Source of the DNA: Alphaproteobacteria bacterium
GTDB lineage: Bacteria > Pseudomonadota > Alphaproteobacteria > Bin95
NCBI GenBank assembly: GCA_964291285.2
Contig: OZ219786.1
Coordinates: 800,001 to 864,000 of the forward strand
DNA length: 64,000 nucleotides
Direction: 5' to 3'
Part shown: piece after piece, positions 61,233-64,000 of the stretch
Position numbering within the stretch: the first letter of the stretch is position 1
Layout of the letters: each line of letters opens with the position of its first letter
Notes under the pieces: model-generated
Databases searched by the model: none
What the model saw: the letters and a program-made list of their open reading frames with translations, nothing else
Told to the model about the DNA's origin: nothing
Made by a program: the position numbers and the translations under genes

Positions 61233-62126
61233 TCAATAGCCGACGCGGGCGGAGTCATCGACCGCGTAGCGGTCTTCCAGCGCCTGCACCTCGGCCATGC
61301 CCATCAGGTCGAAATATTCGCGGAAGGAGGCGAACTCGTTGCGCATCGGGCGCACATCGCCGGTCTCCTTCAGCGCATCGAGCGCGCGCGTCATGGCGGG
61401 GATCGCCGCCGAGATGGTGATGCCGGGGAAGATCGCGATGCCGAAGCCGAGCGCCTCCATCTCCGCCGCCGAAAGCTCCGGCGTCTTGCCGCTGGAGGCC
61501 ATGTTGAACAGGCAGGGCGCGCGGAAATGCTTCGGCGCGAAGGCAAGCTGCTCTATCGTGGTCATCGCCTCGATGAAGAGGATGTCCGCGCCCGCCTCCT
61601 GGTAGGCCTCCGCGCGCTCGATGGCCGGCTCCCAGCCTTCCACCGCGATGGCGTCGCAGCGCGCGATGACCTGGAAGTCGGGGTCGATCCGCGCATCGCA
61701 CGCCGCCTTGATCTTGGCGACCATGTCCGCCTTCGGGATCACCGTCTTGCCGGCCAGGTGCCCGCAGCGCTTCGGCCAGGACTGGTCCTCGATGTGCAGC
61801 CCCGCCACGCCCGCGCGCTCATAGGCCTGCACCGTGCGGCGTACATTCACCGGGCCTCCGTAGCCCGTGTCGGCGTCGGCCACCAGCGGCAGGCCGGAGG
61901 CGTCGGCGATGCGGCCGGCATTGTCGGCCATCTCGGTCATGGTGAGCAGGCCGACATCCGGCATGCCGAGCCGGCTGGCCGTCGCGCCCGCGCCCGTCAT
62001 GTAGATGGCGTCGAAGCCGGCCTTCGCCACGAGCCGCGCGCCGATGCCGTCCACGACCCCCGGCGCGACCAGGATTTCGGGCGCCTGCACAAGGCGTTTC
62101 AGGCGTGTGGTGCGGCGCTCGGACAT
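61233..62126 (-). CDS. Isocitrate lyase/PEP mutase family C-C lyase (PrpB/dimethylmalate lyase-like)
   Basis: DADTGYG, IEDQSWPKRCGH, ARCDA. Confidence 0.9.
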   Translation of the reverse strand: MSERRTTRLKRLVQAPEILVAPGVVDGIGARLVAKAGFDAIYMTGAGATASRLGMPDVGLLTMTEMADNAGRIADASGLPLVADADTGYGGPVNVRRTVQAYERAGVAGLHIEDQSWPKRCGHLAGKTVIPKADMVAKIKAACDARIDPDFQVIARCDAIAVEGWEPAIERAEAYQEAGADILFIEAMTTIEQLAFAPKHFRAPCLFNMASSGKTPELSAAEMEALGFGIAIFPGITISAAIPAMTRALDALKETGDVRPMRNEFASFREYFDLMGMAEVQALEDRYAVDDSARVGY

Positions 62127-62197
62127 CGGCTTTCCTCCTCGAAATACGCGCGAGGGCTGAGTCTTGCACAGTCTGTTCCGGGCGCATAGGTGCGGCT

Positions 62198-62494
62198 ATG
62201 TTTGGCCCCATGCACGGCCCGGGCGAAATCGACGCGGCGGCGGAGCCGCGCCAGCCGACGCTCTACGAGCGGCGGGTGGAGGCGCTGCTGTCCCTGCTGG
62301 CGGACAGCGGCGAGGCGGAGCTCGTCGAAGCGCACCGCCGGACGATGGAGGCGTTGCGCGAGGACACGTCGGAAGGCGCGGCCTGGTACGACCGGCGGCT
62401 TGCGGCGCTCCGGGCCGCGCTGGAGGAACTCGGCATTCTGGACCGCGCCGACATCGAGGCGCATCTTGCCGGCGAGGGAGGGCGCAGCCCGTGA
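62198..62494 (+). CDS. Nitrile hydratase beta N-terminal half (thiocyanate hydrolase beta-like)
   Basis: YERRVEALLSLL, HRRTMEAL, WYDR, LEELGIL; GTGA overlap with next gene. Confidence 0.75.
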   Translation: MFGPMHGPGEIDAAAEPRQPTLYERRVEALLSLLADSGEAELVEAHRRTMEALREDTSEGAAWYDRRLAALRAALEELGILDRADIEAHLAGEGGRSP

Positions 62495-62778
62495 TCGAGA
62501 ACGGCACCAGGGTCAGGGTGGACGACCGCTTCCATGCCGGCCACCACCGCGTGCCCGGCTATCTGAAGGGCCGCGAGGGCATGGTGACGGCCTGTCTCGG
62601 CCGCTTCCCCAACCCCGAGGCGCTCGCCTATTTCCGGCCGAGTGACCCGCCGCTGGCGCTTTACCAGGTGCGGTTCCGGCAGGCCGACCTCTGGGACGGC
62701 TATGCGGGCGGGCCGGCGGACACGCTCGACGCGGACATTTACGAACACTGGCTCCAGCCGCTGGAGGACAGGCCATGA
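62491..62778 (+). CDS. Nitrile hydratase beta C-terminal SH3-like half (thiocyanate hydrolase alpha-like)
   Basis: GHHRVPGYLKG, FPNPE, LYQVRF...DLW, DIYEHWL. Confidence 0.85.
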   Translation: MIENGTRVRVDDRFHAGHHRVPGYLKGREGMVTACLGRFPNPEALAYFRPSDPPLALYQVRFRQADLWDGYAGGPADTLDADIYEHWLQPLEDRP

Positions 62779-63401
62779 ACGAGACGCATGTCCACGCCCA
62801 CCCGCCCGCCGCCGACGATCCGTCGAGCGGTTACGAGCCGCTGGAGCGCGCGATCCGCGAGCTGCTGATCGAGAAGGGCATTCTCGACGCCGCCGCCATC
62901 CGGCGCCGGATCGAGGCGATGGACAGCCTGACGCCGGCGAACGGCGCGCGCCTCGTCGCCCGCGCCTGGACCGACCCGGCCTTCAGGGCCCGGCTGCTGG
63001 AGGACGCGGCGGGCCTGCTGGCGGAGGAGGGCTACGAGCTGGAGCACAGCCCGACCGTGCGCGTGGTCGAGAACACCGAGGGCGTCCACAATGTCATCGT
63101 CTGCACGCTCTGCTCCTGCTATCCGCGCATGGTGCTGGGCCTGCCGCCCGCCTGGTACAAGAAGAAGGCCTACCGCGCGCGCGTCGTCCGCGAGCCGCGC
63201 GCGGTGCTGGCCGAGTTCGGCACGGAATTGCCCGACGATGTCGAGGTCCGCGTCCACGACAGCACGGCCGACCTCCGCTACATCGTGCTGCCGCGCCGCC
63301 CGGAAGGCACGGAGGACATGGACGAGGACGCGCTGGCCGCCCTCGTCACCCGCGACGCCCTCATCGGCACCGCCCCGGCAAGGGCGCCCGGCGAGAGTTG
63401 A
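62775..63401 (+). CDS. Co-type nitrile hydratase alpha / thiocyanate hydrolase gamma subunit
   Basis: GARLVARAWTDP, metal motif VCTLCSCYP, VREPR.VL.EFG, DSTADLRY. Confidence 0.92.
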   Translation: MNETHVHAHPPAADDPSSGYEPLERAIRELLIEKGILDAAAIRRRIEAMDSLTPANGARLVARAWTDPAFRARLLEDAAGLLAEEGYELEHSPTVRVVENTEGVHNVIVCTLCSCYPRMVLGLPPAWYKKKAYRARVVREPRAVLAEFGTELPDDVEVRVHDSTADLRYIVLPRRPEGTEDMDEDALAALVTRDALIGTAPARAPGES

Positions 63402-63472
63402 CAGAGGCGGCTAGCCCTACCGGCTACCGCTCCCGTCTCAAGCGGTAATTCTGGGTCGGTGAGGTTCGTCGA

Positions 63473-63733
63473 CTAGCGACCCAAATCAGGACCCAATTCC
63501 CGACAGAAAATGCGTTCTAGCCGGTCTTGCCATCCACCCTGTCTATACTCGTAGGCGTATCGCTGAATTCTCTCCAAGTCGTCGTCGGTTAGATGCAGTT
63601 CACCAGTAACCCTGTCTAGCCGTTTCTGAAGTCCGACCAACAGACTCTGAAATCCTCCATCTCCCGCCGTTGCCGGGTTCTGTTGATCCAATTCTTCGAT
63701 CTCATCCTCAGTCAGTCGAACGACACACGGCAT
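63473..63733 (-). CDS. Small acidic hypothetical protein in a low-GC segment
   Basis: GGGAGG RBS; GDGGFQSLL...ERIQRYAY.Y.QGGWQDRL. Confidence 0.75.
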   Translation of the reverse strand: MPCVVRLTEDEIEELDQQNPATAGDGGFQSLLVGLQKRLDRVTGELHLTDDDLERIQRYAYEYRQGGWQDRLERIFCRELGPDLGR

Positions 63734-64000
63734 CAGTTAGCCTCCCGTACGCCTTGGAGATTATGGGTGATGACGACCTACCGCCTTAGCTTCAGTCGCC
63801 GTCCGGCACTGGCCGACTGATACCGAAACATATCGCCAGCGCCATTCCAGTTTGTGAAGTTGGGCGAGCGAGTCAACCGAATTCGAACGAGGGGGATTCA
63901 CGACGACTCGAATTTGTGATTCAAGATGTTCGCCGGGGAAGGAGGCCGGCGAACATGGCGAGTATTTTCCCCACCATCGTTCATCCATCAGTTTCAGTAG

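Noticed and set aside
63761-63988. 75-aa ORF at the window end
   Set aside because: The frame is open to the window edge, has no recognisable motif and contains a strong hairpin; it cannot be supported without flanking sequence.

Overview
GC-rich chromosomal window from an alphaproteobacterium. The assignment is inferred from gene content, the zapE-mdh-sucCD-sucAB-lpdA cluster and GTTC-N7-GTTC SOS boxes. Core blocks are a sigma54/NtrC-type urtABCD urea ABC transporter, thrS-infC-rpmI-rplT-pheS-pheT and the TCA cluster. They are interleaved with many catabolic enzymes: PhyH dioxygenases, CoA transferases, class II aldolases, a Rieske oxygenase, LeuCD-like hydratase plus ICL-family lyase, and a three-subunit thiocyanate-hydrolase-like operon. 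Three insertion sequences have readable ends and target duplications: IS21-like at 5503-9551 inside a phyH gene, ISAs1 at 24169-25384, and IS1634-like at 38682-40695 inside a DUF1624 gene. Three candidates stand out as possibly undescribed systems. (1) A 4.05-kb IS21-family element whose istAB sits in a tightly coupled four-gene operon with a Cys-rich Zn-finger gene and a primase/Toprim-like gene, plus a nested hairpin near one end. (2) Two stand-alone IS630-type HTH genes with no transposase catalytic domain, each behind a near-identical sigma70 promoter with an SOS (LexA) box. (3) A low-GC coupled gene pair encoding a small toxin-like protein and an IrrE/ImmA-like protein with a degenerate metal motif. 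No rRNA, tRNA or CRISPR array was recognised. All assignments come from reading motifs by eye; no database searches were run.
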